A DNA stretch of 62,732 nucleotides, from positions 1-62,732 of the IMG/VR virus record IMGVR_UViG_3300037458_000922. One strand, 5' to 3'. A program made the translations under genes and the position numbers. A model generated the notes under the pieces. That model worked only from the letters and a program-made list of their open reading frames with translations. It did no database searches and was not told the DNA's origin. Origin of the DNA: a virus. Its lineage: Duplodnaviria; Caudoviricetes. Positions 29,683 to 39,987 of the stretch are shown one piece after another. Position 1 is the first letter of the stretch, and each line of letters starts with the position of its first letter.

Positions 29683-31206
29683 ATGGCAACTAAATTCAAA
29701 GCTGACTATTTTCTAAAAGACTTCGCCACACTCCGCGAAGAAATGATCGCCCGTTTGCCTATCCTATCCGAAGGCAAGATCACCGACCTGAACGAATCTT
29801 CAGTTTCGGTCACTTTTGTCGAGGTGATGGCTGCCCTTGGGGACCTTCTCGGGTTTTACTTGGACTCCAATGCGCTAGAGGCGTTCATATCGACCGTTCG
29901 TCAACCAGAAAATGTCTATCGTCTAACCGACCTTATAAACTATCGTATTCGGGAAATCAGCTCGGCACAGGTGGGCGTTCAATTTTCTCTCCCAAATGCT
30001 TTGACCGAAGAGGTTTTTATCCCCGAGGGGACGCGAATCGGAGTAGCGGCAGGCGGGGGCGCGGGCAACGTTGGGCTCTTTCTTACCCTAGAGAACACCA
30101 CCATCCCTGCAGGGCAACTAACCAGTGAGATAGTCACGGCGCAACAAGGGTACCCGCACACAGAGACTTTTACTGCAGACGGCACAGCTAACCAATTTGT
30201 TCGGCTGGAGGCCCGGGATATCGACCCCACCACTATCGAGGTCTACACAGGGAACATCAAGTGGACTCCGGAAGAGAGCTTCCTGTACAGCGAGGAAGAT
30301 GATCTCTCTTTCGTAGTCAAAACCGATTACCTCGGGGTAACTCGTGTGTGGTTTGGCGACGGAAAATACGGTCGGGTGCCCTCCATCGGAGAGTCCATAA
30401 CCGTTAAGTACACTCAGTCTTCCGGCAGTCAAGGCAACGTCGGCGCAGGGTCTATCAGCCTTGTTTTTTCTGACATCCGAACAGTTCGTACTTCTTCTAC
30501 AGTTACGGGGATCACCGTTACAAACCCTGAAGCAGCGGCTGGGGGAAGCGACAGACAATCTCTTGAGCAGGTCAAGACAAATGCTCCTGGTTCGTTATCG
30601 GCGTTGTACCGCCCCCTTACGAAAGGAGATTACAGCTCCCTAATCGCTCGTCTCGGTGGGGTACAACACGTTAATGTTTGGGGCGAACAAGAAGAAGACC
30701 CGCCAAGCTACGAGAACATGAACTGGGCCAACGTCTGTTTGGTCCCTGTCGGTGGCGGGCTCCCTTCAGAGAATCTTCGGTCCATTGTCAGGGATTATCT
30801 CCTGGAGTACCAGCCCATAACGGTAAGAATCCGGTTTATCGACCCGGATTACGTTTACCTCAATATCGCCATGAGTGTCTATACCACTCCTGGGTACTCG
30901 CAAGAGAATGTCAGGATTCAAGTTACTGACGCAATCAGAGAGTTTTTCCAACTGGAGAATGTTCGTTTCGGTCAAGATCTCCGACAGTCTACTTTCTATC
31001 GAATCGCGATGGCGGTGGAGGGGGTAGACCATATGTTCATGTCGGACATTGAGATCTATGACCCCGATAGTGAAGAAGTTGTAACCGATGGGGAAGAGGT
31101 AGTGCTACAGAAGTGGCAGGTTCCGGTTTTGAACGAACTCACGGTAACTGTATACGAGGCTTCGGAACTCCCTGCCCCGGATCTCTACCCCGATGAAGAA
31201 GTATAG
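29683..31206 (+). CDS. gp6: baseplate wedge subunit (T4 gp6 / baseplate J-like)
   Basis: KDFATLR, FGDG..GRVP, S.G..GNV, NPEAAAGG.DR, R.LTKGDY. Confidence 0.9.
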   Translation: MATKFKADYFLKDFATLREEMIARLPILSEGKITDLNESSVSVTFVEVMAALGDLLGFYLDSNALEAFISTVRQPENVYRLTDLINYRIREISSAQVGVQFSLPNALTEEVFIPEGTRIGVAAGGGAGNVGLFLTLENTTIPAGQLTSEIVTAQQGYPHTETFTADGTANQFVRLEARDIDPTTIEVYTGNIKWTPEESFLYSEEDDLSFVVKTDYLGVTRVWFGDGKYGRVPSIGESITVKYTQSSGSQGNVGAGSISLVFSDIRTVRTSSTVTGITVTNPEAAAGGSDRQSLEQVKTNAPGSLSALYRPLTKGDYSSLIARLGGVQHVNVWGEQEEDPPSYENMNWANVCLVPVGGGLPSENLRSIVRDYLLEYQPITVRIRFIDPDYVYLNIAMSVYTTPGYSQENVRIQVTDAIREFFQLENVRFGQDLRQSTFYRIAMAVEGVDHMFMSDIEIYDPDSEEVVTDGEEVVLQKWQVPVLNELTVTVYEASELPAPDLYPDEEV

Positions 31207-31217
31207 AGGAGCACACA

Positions 31218-32477
31218 ATGTCTTTCCCTATTATTGGTTCTAAAACAGTATGGGCAGATTGGGACGGCTTTGGCCTTGGGTCTTGGCGGATGTGGTTCCT
31301 GGCCCCCTATGGTTCTTGGGTGTACGCGGGATTTGTGAAGGACAATGTGGCTATCTTCAAGAAGATAGACATTGGGTCCAGCAATACCAATTACGAAGTC
31401 TCCTCTTGGGATTTTGGGTTGGTTTCGGACACCCCTGCAGATATCTTCCCTTATGAGCGCCATGCGGGCGGCCCAAACGGCGCAATGGGCTGCGGCGTTA
31501 TTCGCGGGAGCAGTCCTTACCTTTATCTCATAGGCCGTAGTACCTCTGTGGTTTCAACCGATACGATCCTCCAGCGCTTTGATGTCCCTGGGGGGTTTGA
31601 GCAGGTAGGTTCTGGGTGTGTTCCCCTAGACACAATAGGTGGTGGTGGGGACCCTGTGGATATAAACCACATCGCGGGTATCGAGGTTGACTCAGGAACT
31701 GCGTTCTACATTGTTACTAACAATAACGATAGCAACGAGTTCCTCCTACGGAGATACGCTTACCCGGGTACTTGGTCTGGCGCAGATGTTAACCCGAGTC
31801 ACGAAGTTGACCTCTCTCCGAACTACATGGAGAACAACACCCTGGCTCGCATCCGGGGAATCTCTATAGCTTCTGACGATAACATTCTCGTGTTTCTGAA
31901 CACGGGAAACACCGCTACAGACTGCACCGTCTTGAAGTTCGACAAAGACGATCTAAGCTACTTGGGCAGGACGACTTGGGCTCCGAACATTTCTACCTCG
32001 TTGTGGGGGTATATCGTCAAGGCAGCGGAAGTCTTCTTGTATTTTGAGGGCTTGGATAGCAACAGCTCGTATGCTTGGAAGACGGCGATTTACTACGACC
32101 GGGCTACCCAGATCCCGGATGCCGCTAGAAGTAACTTCGTTATCGACAACAACCTGACCACCTTCGGATCGGATGAGGCTGTTGTCCTGGAATACCACGC
32201 TCGGGATGCCTTCAATATCGTCATTCCTGGGGTGAACACCAAGTTCGTTCTGGACGGGGAAGACCCAGATGACGAGACTACCTGGACAGACCGACTAGGG
32301 AGTATTCAGGACGATCTAGGGGACACGTTCTTCGACGCTGCCGGAGTCCCTACGGCCATTCAAGCTATTGTAGCCACAGACGTGAACGGAATAGCCACGG
32401 CGTACTACAAATCGCCCCGTTCTGGCTCGGGGACTGAGATCGACGATATCAACGTGTACTGCCCTTCGGATAACTAA
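31218..32477 (+). CDS. putative baseplate/tail structural protein
   Basis: Beta-rich 419 aa within the baseplate cluster; GAGGAG SD. Confidence 0.55.
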   Translation: MSFPIIGSKTVWADWDGFGLGSWRMWFLAPYGSWVYAGFVKDNVAIFKKIDIGSSNTNYEVSSWDFGLVSDTPADIFPYERHAGGPNGAMGCGVIRGSSPYLYLIGRSTSVVSTDTILQRFDVPGGFEQVGSGCVPLDTIGGGGDPVDINHIAGIEVDSGTAFYIVTNNNDSNEFLLRRYAYPGTWSGADVNPSHEVDLSPNYMENNTLARIRGISIASDDNILVFLNTGNTATDCTVLKFDKDDLSYLGRTTWAPNISTSLWGYIVKAAEVFLYFEGLDSNSSYAWKTAIYYDRATQIPDAARSNFVIDNNLTTFGSDEAVVLEYHARDAFNIVIPGVNTKFVLDGEDPDDETTWTDRLGSIQDDLGDTFFDAAGVPTAIQAIVATDVNGIATAYYKSPRSGSGTEIDDINVYCPSDN

Positions 32478-34324
32478 TGGCACTTCCGACTCCTCCTTCT
32501 ACGCCTCCGGTAGAAAGCTCTAACCGGGTATTCGTTATTGACCCGCTATTGGGCGGGGCTAACCGGGTATACCTTATCGAGCCTTCTCACATGGTGGGGA
32601 GAATCGCGCTTATCCCCAAGAATGAGATCGCCCGAGACCGGGGCAACGTTATTATTTCATCCATCACACAGACCTATTTCCAGGATCACATTCTGGATTT
32701 CCTCCCGTATGAATACTGGAAGATGGATCTAAAAAGTACGGAAGAGGGCGGAGGGGCAGGTTCATTGAATGCCTTCATGCAGGTATTCGCAATAACGTTG
32801 GATGAGATCAAGCAGGCCATTGACGAACTCCCCTTGCTCCTAGATGTTCAGCACTGCCCACCAAGATATCTTCGGGCCATTGCAAAAATGCTGAACTTCC
32901 CCCTAGAGGACACAGACTCCACAGCAGAACAACGCCGTCAGTTGAGCATGGCGATCGACTGGTATAGGTCTAAGGGCAGCCGTCGAGCTTTTCGTGCCAT
33001 GCTGTACGCCTTTGGGTTTGACACCGACATGGTTCCGCTTTGGACCGAAGACTATGCGGTCTTTACTGAGACCATCCCCGGAGTAGCCAAGGGAAACGAC
33101 CCCCCGAATGACTATCCGCTACTTATCGAAAACGGGGGAAAATGGTATCGCTCCCCGCACTTCGGGATTCGTCTGCGGGGGCGGGTTCAAGATCGACACA
33201 CGTTCATTGAGTGGGGGAGCACCCCTCAGGCCCTTATCGACGATTATGAAGACTTGGCAGCGATTATCGGGAATCACCGTGCTTGGTTAGAAATGGTAGA
33301 CGAGCTGTCGGAGGCAGGAGCAGCCCTCCGGTATCACTTTGATATCGCGGACTATAACTACCTACGGCGGCGCATTGAGTTTCTCCGGCCAGTATTCGCG
33401 GTGCTGGAATGGCTAGAGTTCCTGACCACGATGCAGGAGAAGGTAGAGATCCCAGACGATGCCGCTCCTATCATGACGGCGAACCCGGTTAGGAGCGAAA
33501 AGGGCTGGTATCTGGGGTATTGCGACCTAGACGACATCCAGTACACCCGCCTGGATACACGGCTTTTAGGGCTGAATCCCTTGGCAGTAGTTTCTCCCTT
33601 GGCAGGGTCGCCAACTGTTAATAACGTCACCGACGAAGTAGCTTACTCGGTTGCGTCAGCAGGGTTGGCCCATGCCAATGGTGTTTTGGCCAATCCCTGG
33701 CTGTTCACCGGAGTAACTTTCACCGTTACTATAAGCGGCTCTCCAGTAGATGTTATTGACACAGACGCAGAAGGAGTCCTTTCTGCCGAAGGGATCATCG
33801 GGGTTATCGATTACTTGACCGGGGTTTGGTGGCTGGACTTCGACTCAGGGTATGAGCCGGACAACGGAACAGATATTGTCGTAGATTACGACTATTCGCT
33901 AGAGGTCCCCCCGTGTGACCGTTCTGGCGTTTTTCCTAGAGGATCAGCGGCGCTTCCTTATCCTCATTTGAGAGATCCCCAAGAAGGGTACTGTCACCCT
34001 CCTGAAGACCTTTATATCGAGGCACACATCATTTACGACGAGCAATACCAGCTCCCTCTTACTAGAGACGGGCTTAATCTGTACCTGCCTGCAGGGCCGG
34101 TTCCGTACATCGATCATGCGGACTTCCCTTCCCGGGGGTTCACGGACCTCGGTGGGGCGAACCACGCCAATACCTTAACCCGGGAGTTTGGATACGCCAC
34201 GCGCCCCTTGTCTCTGTTGAGAGTAGAGGTTAACCCCAGTGGAGAGGTCCCGTGGGAAATGCAGTCTGATTTGTGGGAAAACGAAAATGAGCTTTGGGAA
34301 GTCTGGGGGCAAGCTCCTCCATAA
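32477..34324 (+). CDS. baseplate wedge protein (P2 gpI / T4 gp7-like)
   Basis: LDV..CP..YL..IA.ML.F ... R..L..AI.WYR.KG motif. Confidence 0.75.
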   Translation: MALPTPPSTPPVESSNRVFVIDPLLGGANRVYLIEPSHMVGRIALIPKNEIARDRGNVIISSITQTYFQDHILDFLPYEYWKMDLKSTEEGGGAGSLNAFMQVFAITLDEIKQAIDELPLLLDVQHCPPRYLRAIAKMLNFPLEDTDSTAEQRRQLSMAIDWYRSKGSRRAFRAMLYAFGFDTDMVPLWTEDYAVFTETIPGVAKGNDPPNDYPLLIENGGKWYRSPHFGIRLRGRVQDRHTFIEWGSTPQALIDDYEDLAAIIGNHRAWLEMVDELSEAGAALRYHFDIADYNYLRRRIEFLRPVFAVLEWLEFLTTMQEKVEIPDDAAPIMTANPVRSEKGWYLGYCDLDDIQYTRLDTRLLGLNPLAVVSPLAGSPTVNNVTDEVAYSVASAGLAHANGVLANPWLFTGVTFTVTISGSPVDVIDTDAEGVLSAEGIIGVIDYLTGVWWLDFDSGYEPDNGTDIVVDYDYSLEVPPCDRSGVFPRGSAALPYPHLRDPQEGYCHPPEDLYIEAHIIYDEQYQLPLTRDGLNLYLPAGPVPYIDHADFPSRGFTDLGGANHANTLTREFGYATRPLSLLRVEVNPSGEVPWEMQSDLWENENELWEVWGQAPP

Positions 34325-34376
34325 AAATTAGGAAGTTGGTATTTTATTGATTAGCGGTTATTTGGAGTTATAAACC

Positions 34377-36224
34377 ATGGCCCTTACAGGATCTCCCCCG
34401 TTAGCTAATTATTTGGACCTGCTCCAACTGGAAAACAGTGGTTCAGGGCTCCCCGTAGCCACCCCCCAAACTGTCTATGACGGCGCGGGGAATGCTTCTT
34501 TGTTGGAGCTGAGTCAACAGAGCATAGCTTTTACCGGCATTTTGAGCTGTTCTGTAGCTACCGGGCTCATCATGGACACAGGTGTCTCCCTTACTGGGGA
34601 TGAGTTGATTTCAGACAAGATCACGTACAAGACCAATACGGACGTAGGTATTTTCTTCGGTTCAGGAGATCCGGAAAGCGCTGTTGTTGCAAGTCCGGGA
34701 TCGGTGTTTCTTCGCGATGATGGAACACTCGGTTCGTCCTTCTATATCAAAGAGGCCGGAACGGGAAATACCGGATGGACGCCAGTGGAGCTTGTAGACT
34801 CGTTCTTAGACCTATCTGATACTCCGGGCTCTTATATGGCAAGCCGGTGGGTAAAAGTCAATGCTGGAGGAAATGCTCTAGAGTTTATCAGTTTTGACCC
34901 CATTGAAAAGCCGTCTGGAGCGGCACAGGGAGAAATCCTATACTTTGATGGTTCTGCTTGGGACAATCTTGGCGTCGGAACATCCGGGCAAGTTCTAATT
35001 ACTCAGGGGGCGGGGGCGAACCCTGCGTGGTCTACGCCGGGCTGGATAACGCTTCCTGCCTCCCCGGCCCAAGGACAGGTACTGTACCACAATGGAACCG
35101 CCTGGGCGGCTCTCTCTCCTGGGACTAGTGGACAGGTTTTGACCACTAATGGCGCAGCCGCAAACCCCTCCTGGGAAGATGCGGTAACTGGGGGGGCGAA
35201 TGTCTTTACTGACTTAACGGATGTCCCGGCTACTTACTCTGGCGGGACCGAATTTGTCATGGTCAATTCCGCAGGGGATGGGTTAGAATTTGTAGATCCT
35301 GCAACTGCGCTTGCGGGCTATATCCCCGATCCGGGCGCTGCCGCCGAAGGAGATCTTCTCTATTGGGATGGCGCAGCATGGGCTAACCTGGCCCTGGGTG
35401 CCAATGGGGAAGTGCTCAAGAGTACAGGAAGTGCCCTGGACTGGGGAACTGTTCCTAGTGGTGGCTCTAAAGAATATGTCACAACAGAGTACGATACGGG
35501 GGATACTTGGAGAGGCAAACCCATCTACGCTGTCATAGTTGATTTTGGGGCCGGGCCGAATAACACGACGAAGAGTGTGGACTCCGGTCTTGCCGTCAAC
35601 GATGTTTTCCACGTTGTGGACATGCAGGTCATGGCTAATGACCCGCAGTATGGCTGGCTTGCTCGGGAAGACTCAGAGAACAAAGCCTCGTTTACCTACA
35701 ATAAGCTCGATTATAAAGTATACTGTACCACCTCAAATGATTTGTCGGGGGTCGAATATCAAGTTCTGCTGAAGTATATTAAAGAGCCCGCCGTCATGAG
35801 TGGCACAGACCCCCACATTATTGCGACAATTTCTGGTGGTACGTGGGCAGGGCTGGCCCCGGGGGTGCATCTTCTTACCCCAGATAACTGGGCATATACG
35901 TATGCCCCGACAGGAACAGTACTTTCTCTGAGCAGCCTCCAGTGTACTTGGGAATGGACCGCTTCAGCGTCAGCAAAAAATTATAAAATTTCTCTGCACG
36001 CTCAGCTTAATAGCGCACTTAGAAACTCGACTGGGAGACTATCTTCTGTAGATGGGACTGTAACGGTAGCGGACAGTCGTTCATATACGGGAGCCGCTGT
36101 TGCTCCTTATACAGGAGCCATAGCCATAGGAGACCGTTTGTTTGACACCTATACTGTAGGGGGCGTTACTATCACGTTAGGGCGCGCAAGTACTTTTATA
36201 ACTAACCCACCACAGACCCCATAG
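34377..36224 (+). CDS. tail fibre protein
   Basis: Three G.(I/V/L)LY..G.AW..L..G..G.VL shaft repeats, two F.DL.D.P..Y repeats, G.GDPE..V.A.PGS.FLR and EY.TG..W.GKPIY domains. Confidence 0.8.
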   Translation: MALTGSPPLANYLDLLQLENSGSGLPVATPQTVYDGAGNASLLELSQQSIAFTGILSCSVATGLIMDTGVSLTGDELISDKITYKTNTDVGIFFGSGDPESAVVASPGSVFLRDDGTLGSSFYIKEAGTGNTGWTPVELVDSFLDLSDTPGSYMASRWVKVNAGGNALEFISFDPIEKPSGAAQGEILYFDGSAWDNLGVGTSGQVLITQGAGANPAWSTPGWITLPASPAQGQVLYHNGTAWAALSPGTSGQVLTTNGAAANPSWEDAVTGGANVFTDLTDVPATYSGGTEFVMVNSAGDGLEFVDPATALAGYIPDPGAAAEGDLLYWDGAAWANLALGANGEVLKSTGSALDWGTVPSGGSKEYVTTEYDTGDTWRGKPIYAVIVDFGAGPNNTTKSVDSGLAVNDVFHVVDMQVMANDPQYGWLAREDSENKASFTYNKLDYKVYCTTSNDLSGVEYQVLLKYIKEPAVMSGTDPHIIATISGGTWAGLAPGVHLLTPDNWAYTYAPTGTVLSLSSLQCTWEWTASASAKNYKISLHAQLNSALRNSTGRLSSVDGTVTVADSRSYTGAAVAPYTGAIAIGDRLFDTYTVGGVTITLGRASTFITNPPQTP

Positions 36225-36233
36225 GAGGATTTT

Positions 36234-37409
36234 ATGGGTTTGTACGTAATTTCCGGATGTCCTAGATCCGGAACTTCCTTAATGATGTCTTGTTTCAGAT
36301 CCGCTTTAGGGGCAGAAAGAATTCTAGGTGAAGAGTTTCCTAGGGATTATCAACGAAAAACCCTGGAAGATTCCTCCCCTATTGAAGTCTATCGAAAACA
36401 TCTTCGCGAAATCGTAGGTTCCTCTGAGGAGGAAGACGACGAAAACCAGGAACACGCCCATGATATGAACCCAGAGGGTTTTTGGGAAGACCACCGCTTT
36501 TCCGTAAAAGGGCTTCGGTACTCCAAGAAATTATCTAATTTAATCCGGGATATTATGACGGGGGGTAAGCCTTACACCGCTAAAATAGTATCTCAAGGAC
36601 TAGGAAAGACGGACCCGGTCTATGTCGAAAAATTGATTGTTATGGTTCGCCACCCGAGGGCAGTAGCAAAATCCCAAGAAAAGCTCCGGCGAGAGAAGTA
36701 CAAGGATCAGGACGGCAAGCTCATAGATTTTAACCAAGAGAAGATTCACACCCCCCAGATGTTTATCGGGGTTTCTATCCAACTTTGTGCCTGGCTCACG
36801 GATAATCCTCAAGTTCCTTGCCTATTAGTAGATTTTGATGACCTTATTGAGGACCCCTATTCACAACTAAAGAGAGTCCAAGAATTTATTGGAGAGGGAG
36901 ACTTCGAAGCGGCGGTTGGGAACATCAAACCCGAACTTCGTAGAAGCTACCCGGAAAATGTGGCTAATACCTTGTGGGGTGAAGCGGAACATACCTACAA
37001 GTTATTGAAAGAACGGGACTTCAAAGGTGTTTATGAGTATTTCGAGGACCCTAAGAGGAACTTCAACCGGGAAACCCGGAATTGGATTTGTACCCGATAC
37101 ATGGCTGGGGTCGTCGAAAATCATTGTCGGGTATGTAAAGCGAGCCAGAATTTCAGAGAAACCCTACGCGAGTTTGCAGAGCAACAAGGTATTCCTTGGA
37201 GAGATCGCCCCTGTGTGTACGAAACGACTTTTGACCTCGATAACCCACTCATCTCCATGGAAGAGAGCGTAGCCAACAACTTTTGGGAGGCGCAGCATGA
37301 ATCTAATCGATCAAATCCAAGTCCCCGAGGGGATTCTAGATCTCAGAGGCTATCACGGCATTACCGGGCAGCTACTCTATCATGTCCGAGGGCACAACAT
37401 CGTAGTTAA
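36234..37409 (+). CDS. sulfotransferase-family protein
   Basis: SGCPRSGTSLMM (5'-PSB loop), NP.GFWE, IVMVRHPRAVAKS (3'-PB), V.FDDL..DP. Confidence 0.8.
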   Translation: MGLYVISGCPRSGTSLMMSCFRSALGAERILGEEFPRDYQRKTLEDSSPIEVYRKHLREIVGSSEEEDDENQEHAHDMNPEGFWEDHRFSVKGLRYSKKLSNLIRDIMTGGKPYTAKIVSQGLGKTDPVYVEKLIVMVRHPRAVAKSQEKLRREKYKDQDGKLIDFNQEKIHTPQMFIGVSIQLCAWLTDNPQVPCLLVDFDDLIEDPYSQLKRVQEFIGEGDFEAAVGNIKPELRRSYPENVANTLWGEAEHTYKLLKERDFKGVYEYFEDPKRNFNRETRNWICTRYMAGVVENHCRVCKASQNFRETLREFAEQQGIPWRDRPCVYETTFDLDNPLISMEESVANNFWEAQHESNRSNPSPRGDSRSQRLSRHYRAATLSCPRAQHRS

Positions 37410-37785
37410 CAACGGTCGAGAGGCCCTTGCCCGTCTCCTGGGAAATGACCCCGGGGATTGGTACGTCGATACGATGAAGTTCGGGGATGGAGGACACGAC
37501 CCGCTAGACCAGACTTCCATGGTGGCTGTAGACGTTACAGACGATGATCTCTACGGCAATATCCACATTTCCAAGGCTGTAACCGTGTCCTGGCCTGCTT
37601 TACGGAAGGTTACTTTCGAAGCCACGGTAGAAACTACAGAAGGTAATGGAACAGGCTTCCTGGAGTATTCAGAAGCGGGGCTGTACTACAACAGCGGGAC
37701 TGCTATGTTCTCGCATAAAGCCTTTGGTTATATCGTTAAGAACGACACCATCCGGCTAGTGGCCACCTGGACGTTTACTTTCTAA
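37297..37785 (+). CDS. tail-fibre/baseplate attachment protein
   Basis: GGAGG SD; HNIVVN.GR..LARLL, FGDG, EGNG....SEAGL, K......L...W.F.F. Confidence 0.7.
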   Translation: MNLIDQIQVPEGILDLRGYHGITGQLLYHVRGHNIVVNNGREALARLLGNDPGDWYVDTMKFGDGGHDPLDQTSMVAVDVTDDDLYGNIHISKAVTVSWPALRKVTFEATVETTEGNGTGFLEYSEAGLYYNSGTAMFSHKAFGYIVKNDTIRLVATWTFTF

Positions 37786-39971
37786 TGCGTCTATTACAGT
37801 TATTCGAGGCGAGGAAAAAGACAAACCGTCGCCAAGTTCGCCAACAACTGGCCCACACTTATCGTGGACCAGGCGGGGCGGATCTCGATCCTCAGCAATT
37901 CGCAGCTAACGCTCCTTGGAAACACAAGGTAAACGTTATCTTCCGCGAGATGGATGTTCCTCAGCCAGACCGGAGACGAATTATGGATTCGTTCAAGGTC
38001 CTTGAGAGAACTAAAGGCCCCGAATACATGCAGCTCCTGACCGTGAAGGCGCTAACCGATGTAGTTCATCGGCTGGTCAAGGGTTATGCTATGCAGCATT
38101 CCCGCCCTGTGGCGCACCAAAGACCGGGTGTATCTGGTATATACAATTCTTCGTATGGGTTCCCTTCTCACATGAGGATGACCCCAGACAGAGAGTTGCG
38201 CCATGCTACCCTGGGCTATGAGCTGGAAACAAAGAGTGGACGAGAACTGGCCCTTCACCCAGACCCGAAAGTACGCCGTATAGCTACGGCACTACACCCG
38301 GGATCGAATAACCAAGCCGTAGTGTATGATTTAAACGATATTCCGTATTACATCCTGATCCATCCTTACAAAAAAGCTCCGGGTTCTGCCCCCAAGGGGG
38401 AGGACGGAGTAACAGAGTTTACTGCAAATATTCCACACGGAATTCTTCCTTCCGATACTAATTTTGCGCTGTACAATAAGAAACAGATTACAATAGAAAA
38501 GTTAATGAAAACCCATTCCGGGATGGAAGTTCTTGCTTCGAAAAAAGAAAAAGATTTCCAAAAAGTTATTGTTTATTTCCAGGAATTAGCCTGGGAAAAA
38601 AGCCGTAAGTGGTTTGAAGCCTATACTTATTATCGTAAGGCCGAGAAGGTTAGAGATGAGTTAGAGCTTCGAGATCAACGGCAAGGGGGCCTGACATATG
38701 AAGAGGAAATGGCCCTTAAAAAGGCACACATTGCGGTGGATTTCTATCATGACATCATAATGGGTAAAGTCCCGAAGGGGCATTTTGCCGACAAGCAAGT
38801 AGCCGACCACATCAAAGAGGTCTCTCAGAACTCTAAAAAGGCGTATAAATGGTACGTATGGCTTCTGATCTCAGAGGCAGAATACGGCATCCGGCTTCCG
38901 GAACGAGCCCGGATGTATCCGAATTTTCCTACCACCCCGAGTGCCATTAAAGGACTCCCCTACAACTGGTCTATCCAGCCGAAGAGAGAAAACCAAGGAA
39001 AGTTCGATTGGGACGTAGATGTGATAAGGGGACTCGGATACCGGGGGGGTGATTGGCAAGACTTTGAAGAGGCCCTCAAGGCGTCCAGCTACAGGTTTAT
39101 TCGAGGCGAAGGAGAAATTCAGCAGCTTTGGCTACCATTAGTAGGTAACGTCCGAGAAAAATTCGGGCTCAAACTGCACCCACAGAACATTAGTGACTAC
39201 ATTTCTTCGGCTCATCATGGTGGTGGGGCCTTTTCAACGGCTAAATATGTTGTGGGTAAGACAAGTAATAAGCTAACCGTAAGAAAAGTTATACAGGCCC
39301 CGCTGTATGTATTCCAAGCGGGGACCCAAAAACGACAGTTCGCCCTTATCCCCGCAGCTAACTATCACCAGCACTTTGACTCACCGCACCATGGGGGTGA
39401 GCGCTTAATTCATGGAGAGGCTAAACTTCAGTCCCCAGTGTCTGGGCTAGCCCTTTCGAAAGGAAAGAAGTGGGGTGACCGGCTTAAAAACCGCGCTCAG
39501 GCTTACAGAGGGGTGCGGGGAGTTTATCGTGGTACTGATCGCCGAAGAGACCAATTCGCTCCTAGAGACCCTGAACAAGAACGTCTTGTTCGGGATGCCG
39601 CTATGGCTGCCCAAAATATTGAGTTCGCACGAAAGGCGCTCTTACAGAAGAACGCCACTCAGCAACGAATCGCTGCAAGACAACAAAACCCGGCATGGGC
39701 AGGCCCCGATAAAACGAAGACCGGGCACAAACAGGGTATGTGGGTGGCCACAAAAAACACAGGCCGGAAGAAGTATGTTGTTAAACCCGTTCCTAACAAA
39801 GATTTGGAGCGGAGAATGTACAAATTTGGCGGGTTCGCCACTAAACCCCAGGACCGCCGCCTCGGGGCCAGGGACAGACCCACAACGAAAAAAGCTACCA
39901 CCAAAGTACGGTTTCTTCGTGGAGGAGAATTGGATTATTTCACCTTCCCGGAAAAACAGTCTCGCTCGTGA
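37785..39971 (+). CDS. large basic hypothetical protein (possible internal head protein)
   Basis: 728 aa, K/R/H-rich; begins MRLLQLFE. Confidence 0.6.
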   Translation: MRLLQLFEARKKTNRRQVRQQLAHTYRGPGGADLDPQQFAANAPWKHKVNVIFREMDVPQPDRRRIMDSFKVLERTKGPEYMQLLTVKALTDVVHRLVKGYAMQHSRPVAHQRPGVSGIYNSSYGFPSHMRMTPDRELRHATLGYELETKSGRELALHPDPKVRRIATALHPGSNNQAVVYDLNDIPYYILIHPYKKAPGSAPKGEDGVTEFTANIPHGILPSDTNFALYNKKQITIEKLMKTHSGMEVLASKKEKDFQKVIVYFQELAWEKSRKWFEAYTYYRKAEKVRDELELRDQRQGGLTYEEEMALKKAHIAVDFYHDIIMGKVPKGHFADKQVADHIKEVSQNSKKAYKWYVWLLISEAEYGIRLPERARMYPNFPTTPSAIKGLPYNWSIQPKRENQGKFDWDVDVIRGLGYRGGDWQDFEEALKASSYRFIRGEGEIQQLWLPLVGNVREKFGLKLHPQNISDYISSAHHGGGAFSTAKYVVGKTSNKLTVRKVIQAPLYVFQAGTQKRQFALIPAANYHQHFDSPHHGGERLIHGEAKLQSPVSGLALSKGKKWGDRLKNRAQAYRGVRGVYRGTDRRRDQFAPRDPEQERLVRDAAMAAQNIEFARKALLQKNATQQRIAARQQNPAWAGPDKTKTGHKQGMWVATKNTGRKKYVVKPVPNKDLERRMYKFGGFATKPQDRRLGARDRPTTKKATTKVRFLRGGELDYFTFPEKQSRS

Positions 39972-39987
39972 ATCTCGGAGGTAATAA

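Noticed and set aside
12126-34324. Bacterial eCIS, tailocin or T6SS locus
   Set aside because: Contiguous with capsid, prohead protease, neck, lysis and replication genes, so it is a phage tail
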